From: Ptychomitrium polyphyllum
Lineage: Eukaryota
Reading direction: 5' to 3'
DNA: 64,000 bases
NCBI GenBank assembly: GCA_973851085.1
Contig: OZ316776.1
Coordinates: 6,386,001 to 6,450,000, forward strand
The notes under the pieces are model-generated. The model had not been told where the DNA came from and did no database searches. It saw nothing but the letters and a program-made list of their open reading frames with translations. Numbering within the stretch: the first letter of the stretch is position 1; the number at the start of each line of letters is the position of its first letter. This document shows, in pieces, positions 42,265 through 55,220 of this stretch. Both the position numbers and the translations under genes were made by a program.

Positions 42265-42845
42265 GATTACCGCTGTGGATAGCTTGTGACCAGTGTCGAG
42301 TGTACATTTTGGAGTATTGACAGTCCTGCCAGGTTGTAGAGGATATTGTGCGGTTTTAAAGCTTGAGATCGTGAAGCTTTTAATTAAGTGCAAAGCTGAA
42401 ACCAATTCCATATAACCAAGGAATAGCAGTGCAATCGATATAATTATGTCCTCAAGTTCCAAGTTTCAAATCCACAAAGCAGGATGAGCGCGTCCTTTCT
42501 AGTCTCTATTCGTTTTACTCTGCACCACCTCGGCAACATAATTACACTCTGAATAGAACTCACGCATGCTGCCAATATCTTTACACCAGCAGACACCGAA
42601 CCACTCAAGGCTTGGAATCTAATCCTTAAATGCCCGAAGGTCGATGTAGTGAATTTTTCGTGAGTCTCAAAATTTGCAACCAGTTTAAGCTCAATGGGCG
42701 GTTTCACATGGTCACCTCTGGACGTGATGGCAAAGGACAGAGGAGAGAATTGGGATGCTCTTTTCCCAGTGTCTTGGACATTAAAAGCGCTGGACGAAGT
42801 ACCCTTAGACGAAGGTATCCTAGCTAATAGTGGAGATAATCCTGG

Positions 42846-44830
42846 TCAAGAGTACCAGCAATGAGGTTTACATCCTGGTAAGGCAGCCATGGACCTCACC
42901 AGATACTCCGAAGATTGCAGCAATTGGGACACGAGGCGCATAGATGGTCGTCCTTCGGGATATGGGTTGCACCGCAGGAGCCCCAAGGGTAGCAGATTTG
43001 CGATAGTCCTCAGCTTGTCCTCCAAATCACCCTCTCGCTCGATTGCTGGCCCGGAATTCGCTGGAGGTCCAGAATCACTGGTGATCCCAGGTGTCTTGGG
43101 ACTCAAATCCACGATAAAAGCTTGAATCAGCATTTGAATATTCCCAGAGCCTGAAATCAGCCACTTACAAAATGTTGCCGCTCGTGTGCACGCCATACTC
43201 TGTCCACCAGAATATCATCTCCTCGCTCAATGACACTCGCGTCAAGCGGCCGCGCCCCGCGCATCACTTCCAGCACCACCATGCCAAAGCTGAAAACATC
43301 TGTCTCTTTCGTGGCTTTCCCTGTGTCAGGCATCCTTGGGCCATGTACCCTAAAGTGCCTGCCATCATCGTGGTCATCTCCATCTTCTGGTGATCAACCA
43401 GACGGGCCAGTCCGAAAGCTCCGAAGTAAGCATTCAAGTCGTCGCCTAGCAGGACGTTGCTGGACTTGATGTCCCGATACAGCACGCACAGCGCGCAGTC
43501 CTCGTGCAAGTACGAAAGAGCACTGGCCACCCCGCTTAGAACAGAGTGCCGGAATGTCAGAGGAAGTGCCTCGGCATCCTTCAACTTTGACATCCCCTCC
43601 TCTTTGCTCTTCTCGCAGCATTTTGAAAAACGAAACAGCCACTCGTCCAGGCTGCCATTGCACATGTAGTCGTACGCAAGGAACAGCTGCTCTTCCTCGT
43701 GACACCATTCTCGAAGCTGCACCAAATTCCTGAGACGGATCTCGTTGAGACTCGCTGCTTCGGCTTGGAAACTCTCTTCTCCGTGCTTGCTCTCGTTTCT
43801 AATCCGTTTCACTGCTACGAGGGCGCCCGAAGGGAGAGTACCCTTGTACACAGCTCGAAACCCAGCGCTCTCAAGCAACTTACTCCTGTTGAAGTTCTCG
43901 GTAGCCTTGCTGAGCTCTTTGGAGGTGAACATGAGCAGTAAGAGGTTCTGGTCTACGAGATTAAACTTACAATATTCTATGATTGAAGCCCTCCTCCGAT
44001 GCGCTCCTCCTGCAAAGATTAAGCTCACAAGCAGCAAAGCTGCAACAGCCCCAGCACTGACCCAAGCAACAGTACCCACCTCTCTTCTCTGGGATGAGTT
44101 AGGTACCTTGACATGGGGAAGTTCATGCTCATAATCGGCGGCAACGACACAAGAGGTACAAGAAGCAATGTGTGCTCCTCTACAGTTGCATCCACCGCCA
44201 TCTGATTTGCAGCGCTCAGCTCCGGCGCGGCGATGCTACAGCTCCCACTAATAACACCAAGAGTTTCGTTAGTGGACCTGGGGACACCAAATGCAACCAA
44301 AACATTCGTCCTATTTGCGATCTGTTCTGCAATTGGACAACCGCAGAAGATCGGCACCATGATGGTGTCGCTAACAGCGAGCCTCAGATAGTCTGTTGTG
44401 GGGTTAGCATGAGTCATCGCTTGCCAAGCCGTTGAGTCGGCGTAGATGGTTATCGCCAGCTGCGCGTAAGTGTCGTCGGAGGCGATGGTATGCGGCAGTA
44501 GCATATGCGTGGAAACATTCTGGCACCTGCAGTTTAAGGGGATGTAGAGAGCCTGGCTCTCAGGAAGAGCAGCGTTTGTTGCCAGTTTTGCCAACCCACT
44601 GGGATTAGCAACAGCTGCCGAGGTTGTGTTGAAATAGCCTTCAACTTTCTCCAACAATTCCTGTGCTCGGTAGATCCGGTACAAGGCATATGTGCTGCAC
44701 GTGTTGTCTCGACTGTTGCAAATGTAACCTTGTGTGTTGTTGTACTGCTGTTGTACCATCACGCATAAGGGAGCGATTGCTGCCACCATACCGAAACTTG
44801 GACTGTTAGGATTAGCAACCTAGACTTCAC
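42846..44830 (-). pseudogene. Intronless LysM-ectodomain receptor-like kinase pseudogene
   Basis: Signal peptide, LysM ectodomain (GYICNSRDNTCSTYALYR, IPLNCRC, VPIFCGCP, LLVPL), TM helix and kinase. Frameshifts at about 44115, after GTLGYMA (about 43340) and near 43180; premature stop in GNIL*VAD. Catalytic motifs are altered: ESAGFRAVYKG for GxGxFG, YRD for HRD, AFG for DFG. Downstream frames still give TGKATKETDVFSFGMVVLEV and RPSMRLV. Confidence 0.88.
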
Positions 44831-47800
44831 AAGCTGATCATATAACCCAATTGTCCCACGCTTAATGGTGAGGAGCACAATAATTCTTCCAGATGGGGTT
44901 CTATCAAACACTCCAGAATGAATTGCAGAAATGATAGAGAAGGATCTCACCTATAGAGTAACTAAGTCCAATAAATTGAGTAATTTGTGATGCATGGAGA
45001 TGCAACTCCTGTCAAGGATCTGGTCTCAAGGAGCAGACTGTACATCAGAAATTAGCAGTATTAATATTTCCATATAAACGTACCCAATTACCACAAAATT
45101 TATTCTCCCTCACCTAATCCGAGATGGGATTCCAAACCTGTCACGATCTGTCGTACTTCGGTTTTCAGTACACAATGTCAGCTTGCAATTGAGCTTCTCG
45201 AGCTAGCTCAGCTTAAATGATACTAGTAAGAAAAAGTGTAGGACGCACCGCTTACATCCACACGGAATTATTGATATTGTCGATATGGAGTACGCATGGT
45301 TTGAAGGTCTGGGACAAGGACAAATGTCAAACGAACCAGCCCACAAACGAGAACAATGTATCGTTTACAGATGTGCACAGACTTGGAAGGTGCTTGGGGC
45401 GAGTCAATACAGAAAATTCAGCAAACATGTTTTTCTTGAAATCAAATAAAGGAGGACCTAAACAGAATATTTGGCGTACCTTTTACCTCAAGAAGAACTA
45501 TACACCGACACTCGCTCAATAAACATGTGGTACTTGGTCCCTTCTTGATCTGCTAGAGTTGCCCCTGATGACATTAGAGAAGATATCTTCCAGTGTTGTT
45601 ACTATACTGGAAATGATTCTTAAAAAGCGACTGACCAAAATTTTTATGACTTCAGGCTACGCGGCTGAGAAAGTAAGTGAATATTGTTCATTCAGAGCTC
45701 CAAACTTCCATGATTCACTAATCCCCGAATTATATCCATGGATATAATTAACTCTTTTTGGCTTTTTGCATACTCCTCTATCTCCGAGAATATCGTATAC
45801 ACTAACTCACCCTTAACTCAGTTGTGTTGAACATGAAGATTCCCATATCAAAAATCGAAATTTTGAAATAAGGTTTTTGTGGTAGATACTTCGAGGGTGT
45901 TGGATGTAGTAGAATTTTTGGATTTTTAAAAAGTCGGCAACCCCTCCTCAAAATTCGACAAAACCTGAAAATAGTGTAACTTATTGGTGTTTCCGGGAAT
46001 ACGATTCAGTTGCATAGACACAGAATTGGCTTAACTGAAGGTGTTTGTTCAGGATTTGTGTCGCTGGATTTTCTCATAGAATTTAAAGTGAATGTAAGGA
46101 GAGAATTGCCAATGCTGGGTGTCCTCCAGTGGTACTGGATATGCTCATGGTGATTGTTACATTATGTTCATGAAAGGTATCTAAATTTGTAATTGCAATA
46201 CAAATAGACGCCTGGTTGACACAGCATTTCAACTCTGCAACAGGGAAAAGTTGAATCTCGTATATCGTATCTGCATATCAGAAAACAAAGACATTACTCT
46301 TCATGCTCAAAAACCAGTTTCAACACTTTTACAAGAAATTCAGTGGCGGACGCACAATAGCATTCAGAACACAATCTTCTATGGTACTCACCTTACGGTT
46401 TTCACTATATGTGCCCCACCACATATGATTGCTCCAACCTAGTAGGATAAGCTGATACGTAAGGAATCAATGAAAAAGTAGTGGCAACGGAGTGTTGCAT
46501 GACACCACAACCTCTCTCGGGTATAAACTAATCCACCCAATAATAACTCCCAGTTTCAATCTACAGATCCATCCAGTGCTCAATTCGCGTGGCGGCTATG
46601 AAATTTTCAGGAAAGTATAGGTCCACTGTTCAAAGTAACCTCTACAGAACCGAAATATTAAACCTTTTTAATCCACTATTTTGTACACAGTCATCCACAT
46701 GCATATTGGAGGTAGATCCATGGGGATAGATACACCCACCCTTCTGATGACTTTGATTCATCTCTTTTTAGTACAGTAACACCTATCAGTCGGCAGTATC
46801 GGCTATGTTTCCCTTACTGTACATACATGAACATGAGTAACTACCATGATTGCCAATGCGTTGGCGGATATAAAGATCATGCTGGCCCTCCATCGCTTAC
46901 ACATCTTCAGAACGTTGAAACTCGAATTTATGCTTCATTTATATTTTATCAGTTGATCTCCGTTGGGTAGGCTCACTCTCACTCACTTGGCGTGCAGTAG
47001 GTATCCTTGCTAAATGAGGTCAAAGTTCGCGTGGTCTGCATTGAAATGCTGAGTCATAAATTCGCCAACATCCAGCTACATTGTTCAATACAAGAAAACT
47101 TTGACTTTGATAGCCATCCCGCCATCAAAATTATCCATGAATGGTAAGAATCCTGAATTTTGGGAGAATCTTGTGAAAGTATGTATTCTTAAAATAGTTA
47201 ATTTTAAAATTTTTCAAAAAACTTCTCTTTCGACTATGTTTTAAAAAGCACACAAAAGGCACAAGCAGGCACAGAACAAAGGAGGGGGGGGGGGAGCAAG
47301 GTATCTTATTGATTCACATTGACAAAACAAAGCTAGCTTTAGACCAAAACTTTGGTGCATCATTCTATTGTCTTGGTTATTTTTAACCAAGGATTATCTT
47401 AGGATTCATGATACACACAGATGAATAGGAAGAAGTCTAAACTCTTTAACTAACAATTCTGCAACAATATATTTATTAAATAGAAATTTTTGCACGAATT
47501 TGGGTATTTTACATTCAGATTAAAATAATGTTCTAAAAATCACCTTAAAAGTGCTCTACATGTAATCATAATATATTTTACATTCTAAATTTATATAATG
47601 TTGTATTTTGAGATTAGATAGAAACAGTCAGCTTTCACGTGGAACGAATCTTGGACTTGAAAAGTTCTAAAATAATTAATACTTTGTTTTGTCCTCAAAA
47701 TTGCTGGATGACAAGCACTTGCCTTTGAAACTTAGCAGCATATTGTACTGCTGGTCAAATATCTACGGCAGTACAACTTGCAAGTATCAGAAACTGCTAG

Positions 47801-48583
47801 CCAGGTACTAACCGGATATATAAGATATAGGTTCAGCTGACTGAAGGCGGCGAATGCTACCATCTAGATGACATCTAAAAAACGTTCTTTTTAGGACTAC
47901 ACGTGCGTTGCAGTTCCGGGCTCGTGATAGGCACTATTCTCCACACTCCTTTGATAACCCCATGCGCGACACAACAATGTCGCCATTCAAATCCTACGCC
48001 CTCGATCTTTGTTCCTCGTCCGGTTACCGCATGCTGTTGTTAAATTCCTCTCCTGGTTTTTGAATGAAAGCAGTTATACCACTTCATTTCTCCATTCGTG
48101 GACGTGTAAGCTTCAGAATTTGTTGTTGAAACGACGGTGGACCACCAGACTAGGGTGCATAGGACATCCATGATAGAAACATACGTTGACATGGTACTTC
48201 CTGGCAAACTGCAGTGAATCGAGTTCAACAAAACTTCAGGTAAGGTCCTTCATGCTCAACTATCTCTGACTAAATGTTCACGTCATCAACAGTGCATCAT
48301 CTTGTATATGTACCGGAAACTTTACCGTAAAGTGCAAATTCCTACTCGTGAAAACCTCTGTTTCCCTCGTCATGAAACTTCCGATCTTGGTTAACAAAAC
48401 TGTGAATTATATGGTACACGATGTTCTCATTCTTAAGTGTACAAAAATTCCAATTCATCCCACGTCTACCCACATTAGGGACATTTGGGTGCGGTTCCTA
48501 ACATCTGATCATCCTCACTTGTTCACCATGATCCGTAGGCGTAGGCCGCAATTTCCAGCAAAGAGCACTGATTCACTCCCAAG

Positions 48584-50582
48584 ATGTACAGCGTCAAGAC
48601 CTTGACAATTTCCCTCTCAGCCATCTGTATCCTATATATTCCGGTACTTGCCAGCGGCGCTGCACAGGAAAGATGTCACTGCACGGCTTCCAGCAATTGC
48701 TGGCCGACAACTGAGGAATGGGATGCCTTTAATTATACCATTGATGGTCGACTGATTTCTCCGCTTCCTACAGGTAAGTGATACACGCAGGAATTATATC
48801 AAGGCATCATGATTTCGTCTGTTTATTCTATTGTCAGATCAATACCAAAATGTTTAGCTAATCACAACCTCTGGGTCGTTACTGCTGAGTGAGATACCTT
48901 AATCTTCGAATCAGTATTTGATTTTCTTCAACAAATTATGCGTTTCAGGGTATTTCTGCCATGATCCACACTATGATGCAACAAGGTGTCAGATCGCCCA
49001 GAGGAATTTCTCCAACCCCTTCTTCCGAGCATCCAATGCCGGGAGCACGCAGAACGTTAATTGGGAAGAAGACGGCAGACAACGCTGCGCTATCGAGGCG
49101 CCCAACAACGCACCCTGCTCCCAAGGCCGCGTGTCGACCTTGGGCGTCCAAGTCGAACAAGCCGATGACGTCCAAAAGGCAGTGAAGTTCGCCGCAAGCC
49201 ACAATCTGCGTCTCGTGGTCAAGAGCACCGGCCACGATTACAACGGCCGCAGCTCTGCACCCGGATCCTTCCTCATCTGGATGCACAAGCTGAAGAAGAT
49301 CGACATCGACTATTCATTCAGACGCGTTGGATCCTCGTGTATGCATTCGGAACCCGCAATCACAATCTCAGGTGGGGTGGGTTTTGGAGAAGTCTACGAT
49401 GCGCTCCAAGGAACTGGTTACATTGTCTTGGGCGGCCTGGGTCTCACCGTGTGCGCCTCCGGCGGGTGGGTGCAAGGCGGTGGTCATGGCGCACTGGGTC
49501 CTTTGTTCGGCCTTGGGGTCGACAATGTCCTGCAGGTCGATGTTGTAACTGCAGATGGAGCACTTCGCACTGTGAATGCATTCCAAGAGCCCGACCTGTT
49601 TTTTGCGCTTCGCGGCGGTGGAGGGGGTACCTTTGGCGTCATCACGTCCGTCACCTACAAGCTTTACAAAAATCCAGATAATCTAGTCAGCACGTTCTTC
49701 CTTCTCAGCCCGCCGAAGGACGAGAGATTATGGAGCGTCGAGACGCGCAAGGCAGTTCTAACAGTGTGGTCGCAGCACACGCCGGCTTTGGATGCCGCTC
49801 GGTGGGGAGGGTACTGGGGATTCGGCCCCACGGGGTTCAATGGCTCCTTTGTGGCGCCGGGGACGCTTGCGGAGATCAATGCGAGCATCACCCCCGTGGC
49901 GGAAGCGATGTCACGGATTGCGAATGTGACGGTCTCTGTGAGCTCGCGTGATACACCCACGTTCCAGGACTGGCTCTACGTGCATTACCATCTCTACCCC
50001 GGATCGACAGGCTCGGATTTTACAGGAATTCGGATGACGCTCGGGTCGCGCCTCATTCCATACTCCGCGCTGGACAAGCCCAACGCACTTGCCGACGCCA
50101 TTGTCACGGCCATGACAACATCCGGCACGAACCAACTGCTCGGCAGCATGGTGCTCGGCCCAGGCGTCCGCGAGGCCGATCCGCATGGCCTCACGGCCGT
50201 GACGCCGGCATTTCGGAAAGCGGTCTGGCATATTGTCATGGGGACGCCGTGGTCATGGAAGGCTACGGATCTAGATGAATTTGTCGCCCGAAACAGAACG
50301 TTGACCTTTGTGAAGTCGCTCCAGAGCGCGTATCCCGATTCTGGTGCATACTTCAACGAAGCTAGCGTAGATGAGCCGCAATGGAGGCATTCGTTCTGGG
50401 GTAGGAGAAATTATGCCAAGCTGATGGCAGTCAAGCTGCGATTTGACCCGTTTGGTCTCTTCACGTGCCCGAAGTGTGTCGGAAGCGAGATGTGGAAACG
50501 GAGTGGGCCTTGCAGCCAGGCTACGTTCATAGCTAGCAGACTCCGACAGCATGTACGATATCAATCCGTACAGGAGAGTTGA
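48584..50582 (+). CDS. Secreted FAD-linked oxidoreductase (VAO/PCMH FAD-binding-4 plus BBE domain), fungal-type, 607 aa
   Basis: Exons 48584-48773 and 48949-50582 (G|GT..AG|GG, 1824 nt). Signal peptide; CHCTASSNCWPTTEEWDAFNYTIDGRLI; HNLRLVVKSTGHDYNGRS (flavinylated His); GGWVQGGGHG; DLFFALRGGGGGTFGVITSVT; BBE tail GAYFNEAS..FWG..NY.KL..VK..FDP.GLF.C..CVGSE.W. Confidence 0.9.
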
Positions 50583-51519
50583 AGGATTTCGAGGAATGAT
50601 TCGGGTGCTGTGAAACGATCCTTTTCGTTTTGAGAGCTTTGGACTATCACTTGTTGATTGAGTTTTACAATAATGCTCAGTAAATCTTTTACATAGCCTG
50701 CTGCCAGCAGCTTGTTTGCGAATGCTGACTGTTGCTTGAATTGGATTCTGAGTTGAATGTTCCAGCTGAACTTGGCATTTCCCAGCTTGGACCTAGTATT
50801 GTAACGCTATCACGATGCCTACTTGAAGCAACGTCCAGTTCGGTTTCTTCTTCGGATGTACGAGGATTTGAAATCGGAATTTTTGTACAATAATCTGAGT
50901 GGTATTTTACAAAACACATCACTACCTCAATTGTTCAATCTCGAATGAGAAGTTATTTGGTCAATTGATTGATCCTGGCACAGTATCTCCAACTCGTCTC
51001 AAATCCACACGATGCCATAGAAGCAGTTCCGCAACATTAAAGGTTCCTGATTGTAGGGTGAGCCATCTCATGTTTATATCCGGATGACCAGAGGGTAAAC
51101 GAGTGAATGACCTAATTCGCAAATTGGCAGAAGTTTGTGCAAATTCCTCAAGACCGTATATATTTAGTCTTCTTACTTCCTAGAGCTGAAAGTGGCACTT
51201 ACAAGAGACCTTTATCGGCATCTCTATCATCCACCTGAAAACTAAAACCAGTCCAGTTGAATTCTACACAGAATTGTGCAAACACGTTAAAGTTACCTTC
51301 AACAAAAGAACAACCCCACTCTCAACAACATTGCAACTATCGGTATATTCATCAGGGATAGGTACTCATTGCAAGTCCCTGCTTCATGCGGTGAAACGTA
51401 TTCCTAGCTGATGCTTTCTTTACGAGTAGAAGGCGGTGCGAACTTTCTTTACGGGCTCCAGGAAGGTTAGTTTCAGGACTCAATTGGGGTTCCAATTTCA
51501 GTACAGGTTTTGCATGCAC

Positions 51520-52413
51520 TCAGTAGGACAATGGCACGTCCAAGCAGAAGTTAACGAAATTCTCGAAGAGACTGCTACGTATGAACTGCGGTAATGTGTC
51601 CTGGAGAGTGGAGCTCACCGCAGGCAGACGCTGCCAGGTTCCAGAGGTAAGGTCATAGAGCACCGGCTTGCCTTTGGCTGACATGAGAAAAACAGAGTCG
51701 CCATAGCCGCATATGAGAGCATTGAAAGGATCGTCCAGCATCCGCCGAGTGAAGAAGTCCGGCATGGGCACGATCTCGTGGCACTCGTTGGTCGCGATCT
51801 GGAGTTTCCAGATATGGTAGGTATCTTCCAAAGCGCCAACGAGAAGCAGCCAGGATCCGACCACGAGCAGTTTCACCCGACGGAGCGACGTCGACAACTC
51901 GCACCCGACCTCTTTCCACATGCCTTGCAGCAAATGATACGCCATGAGGCCATGTTTTCCAGTAAATGGTAAGAGGAAGGCGTGTCTTCATACAGAGCAT
52001 ATAAATCACGTCATTGAAGTGCACGATGAAGCAACTTTCCACCGACTGTTCTTGACAGAGTCCTTGCGCACGGTATTACAAGCCACTAGAGCTTCCGAGC
52101 CTTTGGTGTAGCTTGCGGATACGCAAGCCATCAATCCTCAAGTGGCGAGCAGTCTTCGACGGATGAGCCCGACAAGAATCACGTGCGATTTCTCCAGGGA
52201 AGCTTGTGCGCAAAGAGCTGCGGATTCGGGTGACGAGATTAGGTTATTCCATTTCTTGCACACTGCTCGGCATCGAAACAAGGTCGGCACCGAGAGGATG
52301 GCCACTTTGACTAGAAGCTCCGGAGGAAGCTTGCTCCACAAACACTCCTGGTCCAATTCAGATCCCTTGACAACCACTTGATCTTTTCTGTCTCCTTCCT
52401 GCTGCACACTCAT
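51520..52413 (-). pseudogene. F-box protein (FBA/kelch-like C-terminus) pseudogene
   Basis: F-box motif LWSKLPPELLVKVAILSVPTLFRCRAVCKKWNNLISSP. Stop at 52138-52140 inside LLAT*GLMAC..LVACNTVRK, then frameshifts to FNDVIYMLC and LMAYHLLQGMW..IWKL..VLYDLTSGTWQRLP. Appears internally deleted. Confidence 0.8.
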
Positions 52414-54420
52414 TCTGGTTTATCCACCTTGTCACGGACGTGATTATTACGACGTGGCTTCAAATTCTATGTCGATTGATGCGGTTTTAAACGTCCGAAC
52501 TATCCTCAAGCATAGTACCCTCACGCGTTCCTCCTTGTTGAGCTTCTTGGCGACCAAAACTGGAGATTTTTGCCATGTTTCCATCATTTTCAAGTGCAAA
52601 CCTGAACCGAATCACGACTCAAGTTTGGCTAGAATCGCCGTAAAACGAGATTTAATCAGTTAGGCTTGCAGCAGTGCTGGTGAGTCTGCATGCATTTCTT
52701 CTGAGGTTGAGACGTCACTTGGGACTGGAAGTTGAAGAGTGCTAACCTTTGGGTTGGGTTGTCCCACGGCGGCGATTCCAACTGGTTAGCATCGATGTAG
52801 CGGCTATTGTCGCTGATCACATGGTTCTAACTTGGCGGCCGTGGTCCTTGGCGCGCCCGCTTGTAACAAGTCCATCCTTTGACCCGGCCAGAAACCAATT
52901 GGTCGCCAAAATCCTGTTCATTCATGTGAGTTTGTAGCGACGTCGGTCTTAGCTACGACCTTCCTGAGTAGAGACCAAAGAGGATAAGGACCTGAGTTTC
53001 GTTCGCATTAAAGCCTTAATTACGCATTAATCATGGTTTGCTTCAAAGTAGCAAGCGAGGCTGGTTTTTCGTCTGAAGGAAACCTTTTCACATCATAAAT
53101 TGCAGCCACAAATTTCTGATCAAATATTCTGGCTAATGGGAGGGTGAGGGAGCAGGAAGGGGCATAGTGACTGGTACCAGCTGCCCTGTAACGCGGATCT
53201 CCAATGCAGTTGCTGCAAGTTGTAGGTATGTGAACTCTGGACTGCTGTCTCAAGCCCAGCACAAGAAAGTCCTTGCACCTAGAATGAGAAAGGAAGGTTA
53301 AACATAATTTGACTAGTGCAGGAGATTGAAGGGACTGACCGCCAGCGGAATATTTAGTCATTGTCGCATGAAGTATACATGAATAGTACAAATAGGTCAG
53401 CCTACCTACTTCACGAAGCAAACTAATTCTAATTTTCAAATCTTTGAAAAAAGAAGAATAGAATCTTCTGTGTTTAACTGGCATAGTTCCTCCATGAGTC
53501 TTGGATCCATTCATTTCCTGTGGCAAATGCAGCGTGACTCTGTCCGATAAGTTTTCCAACCTTAAAATCACGTCGGGTCTATATTTGGTATCAACGGGTA
53601 AATAAACTTCGAAACACAAGCTCGCTTTACCGGAGTAATAACTGAAGGATTGTGCAGCTCAAGACTTCAAGCCAGTGAGTTGGAACTTCAAGTTCTTTTA
53701 TGCACTGAGCTTCAGCATTATTTTGTGTACTACTCTGTTACGGACATCCAAGAGTTGAGCGCTGTAAGTGGATTACGCAACCAACTATGTTTCCATAACA
53801 GTACTTTGCTGGTGATATGAAAACGTCGAAGTAGCGCCGAAATTGCCTTCACCACCGATGTAAAAGTACCGATTGCCTTCCTAAACTTCAATTAGTAACC
53901 TTCAGCCCAGACAAGGGTAGTTTGACCTGCATTCTTGACGCCCGTGAACAATGGAAGTAAACTAGTTACATTCATAAATATATATAAAGAATCGTAAGCC
54001 TTGCATTCACAAACTGTTGGTGAGAAAATTGGAACTCACGTTGGGCCCACGAGTAAGTTTCACAAAAAAATATAAATGCATTTGAACCGGAATTGAAAAG
54101 TTTGTGGGAAACCATTGAGATACCGTGTCCCATTTATGGTATGGACCACAATTAGCCGAAATGGCGCAGAGGGCGTCTCTGCTGAAGGGCTTGCCCCTAT
54201 AACATGCACCCAATGTGAACATACTCCTCCTTCAAAGCGCGCTACTCGAATTGCGAGCGTTGTCCCTGCTCTCGTTTCCCACTCCTTTGCTGCTTACAAC
54301 CTGCGCATATTTTCTTGAACGAAAGCATTTGTTAAGCTTGCTCGGTCCTGAGTGCGCAAACGCTGTCAAGTGCGAGGTTCTATGTCGAGATCGTGAACAT
54401 TGAGGCGTTGGGATGAGAGT

Positions 54421-54489
54421 GTAGGGCAGGGTAGTTACTTGTGCAAAGTAGTTACTTGTAGGGCAGGGTAGTTACTTGACCAAAGTAGT
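54421..54489. repeat. 37-bp direct repeat x1.9 built from GTAGTTACTT subunits
   Basis: gtagggcagggtagttactt-gtgcaaagtagttactt followed by gtagggcagggtagttactt-gaccaaagtagt. Confidence 0.85.
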
Positions 54490-54497
54490 GAGGTGCA

Positions 54498-55220
54498 ATG
54501 GCGCAGAAGGTGTTCAACTCGTTGTCCATGGTCCAACTGAGCTTGCGGTTGCAGCGTGTGACGAAGACGAAGCAGTGGAAACTATTCCAGCGGGTTATGC
54601 TGGTTATTGTTCTCATAATATGGTTCACCACAGTGACGACCTCGGTGTTCTTCCGACTTATGTCAGGTATGTGGGAATTTGGTTCCCAAGCACACTTATA
54701 CTTACATTTGCGCATTTTCCTAACCCTCAGATATGCAATTACAAGTCTCCGAAATACTATGTTAGTCTTGTCTCTGCAAAAAAATTAGCATCTCTTCCTC
54801 TTTACCGTGACTTCGTTTTTGTTGTGGTGTGCTGGATTTTATGGTTCGAAGGGAAAGTTGTACTGGCACTCGGGTATCCATGCCAAGAGTCTGTCAGTTT
54901 TCTTCTCTACCGAGTGGCGACTCTTACTGACTGGCGACTCTGAATGGCTCTTGACTCCATCATTGGCTGTGTAGATTCTGAAGTCGAAGCTACCTTCATG
55001 GGAGAGTCGGCTACAACCGGTCCACTTTTTCCTTACGCGAAGAAATTGGCACGGTAATCGACGTTTAGGCAATTCTAGGTGTTAGTAGGAATAAATTTGT
55101 GGAGGACCATCTTGACACGATCATGTTACCACGAATCCAATTACAGTAGAATGAAATTATTCCAGAAAATAGCTCACTTACCCTGTGACTGACATCGTTG
55201 CATGCAGGATCGAACGATGA
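54498..55220 (+). CDS. Putative small spliced membrane/secreted peptide (about 86 aa)
   Basis: Tentative exons 54498-54666, 54975-55053, 55208-55220 with GT-AG sites. MAQKVF..KTKQWKLFQR, hydrophobic VMLVIVLIIWFTTVTTSVFF, then DSEVEATFMGESATTGPLFPYAKKLARIER*. No family recognised. Confidence 0.3.

Noticed and set aside
39963..42462. Antisense and alternative-frame ORFs over PLD (e.g. 254 aa at 39992-40756)
   Set aside because: Shadow ORFs of a codon-biased real gene.
47284..47294. Poly-G run
   Set aside because: Isolated homopolymer with no associated structure.
48945..50564. Many short overlapping ORFs within the oxidoreductase
   Set aside because: Shadows of a GC-rich CDS.
53020..53619. 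199-aa minus-strand ORF
   Set aside because: Non-ATG start, no recognisable motif or splice structure. Cannot be supported, though not excluded.
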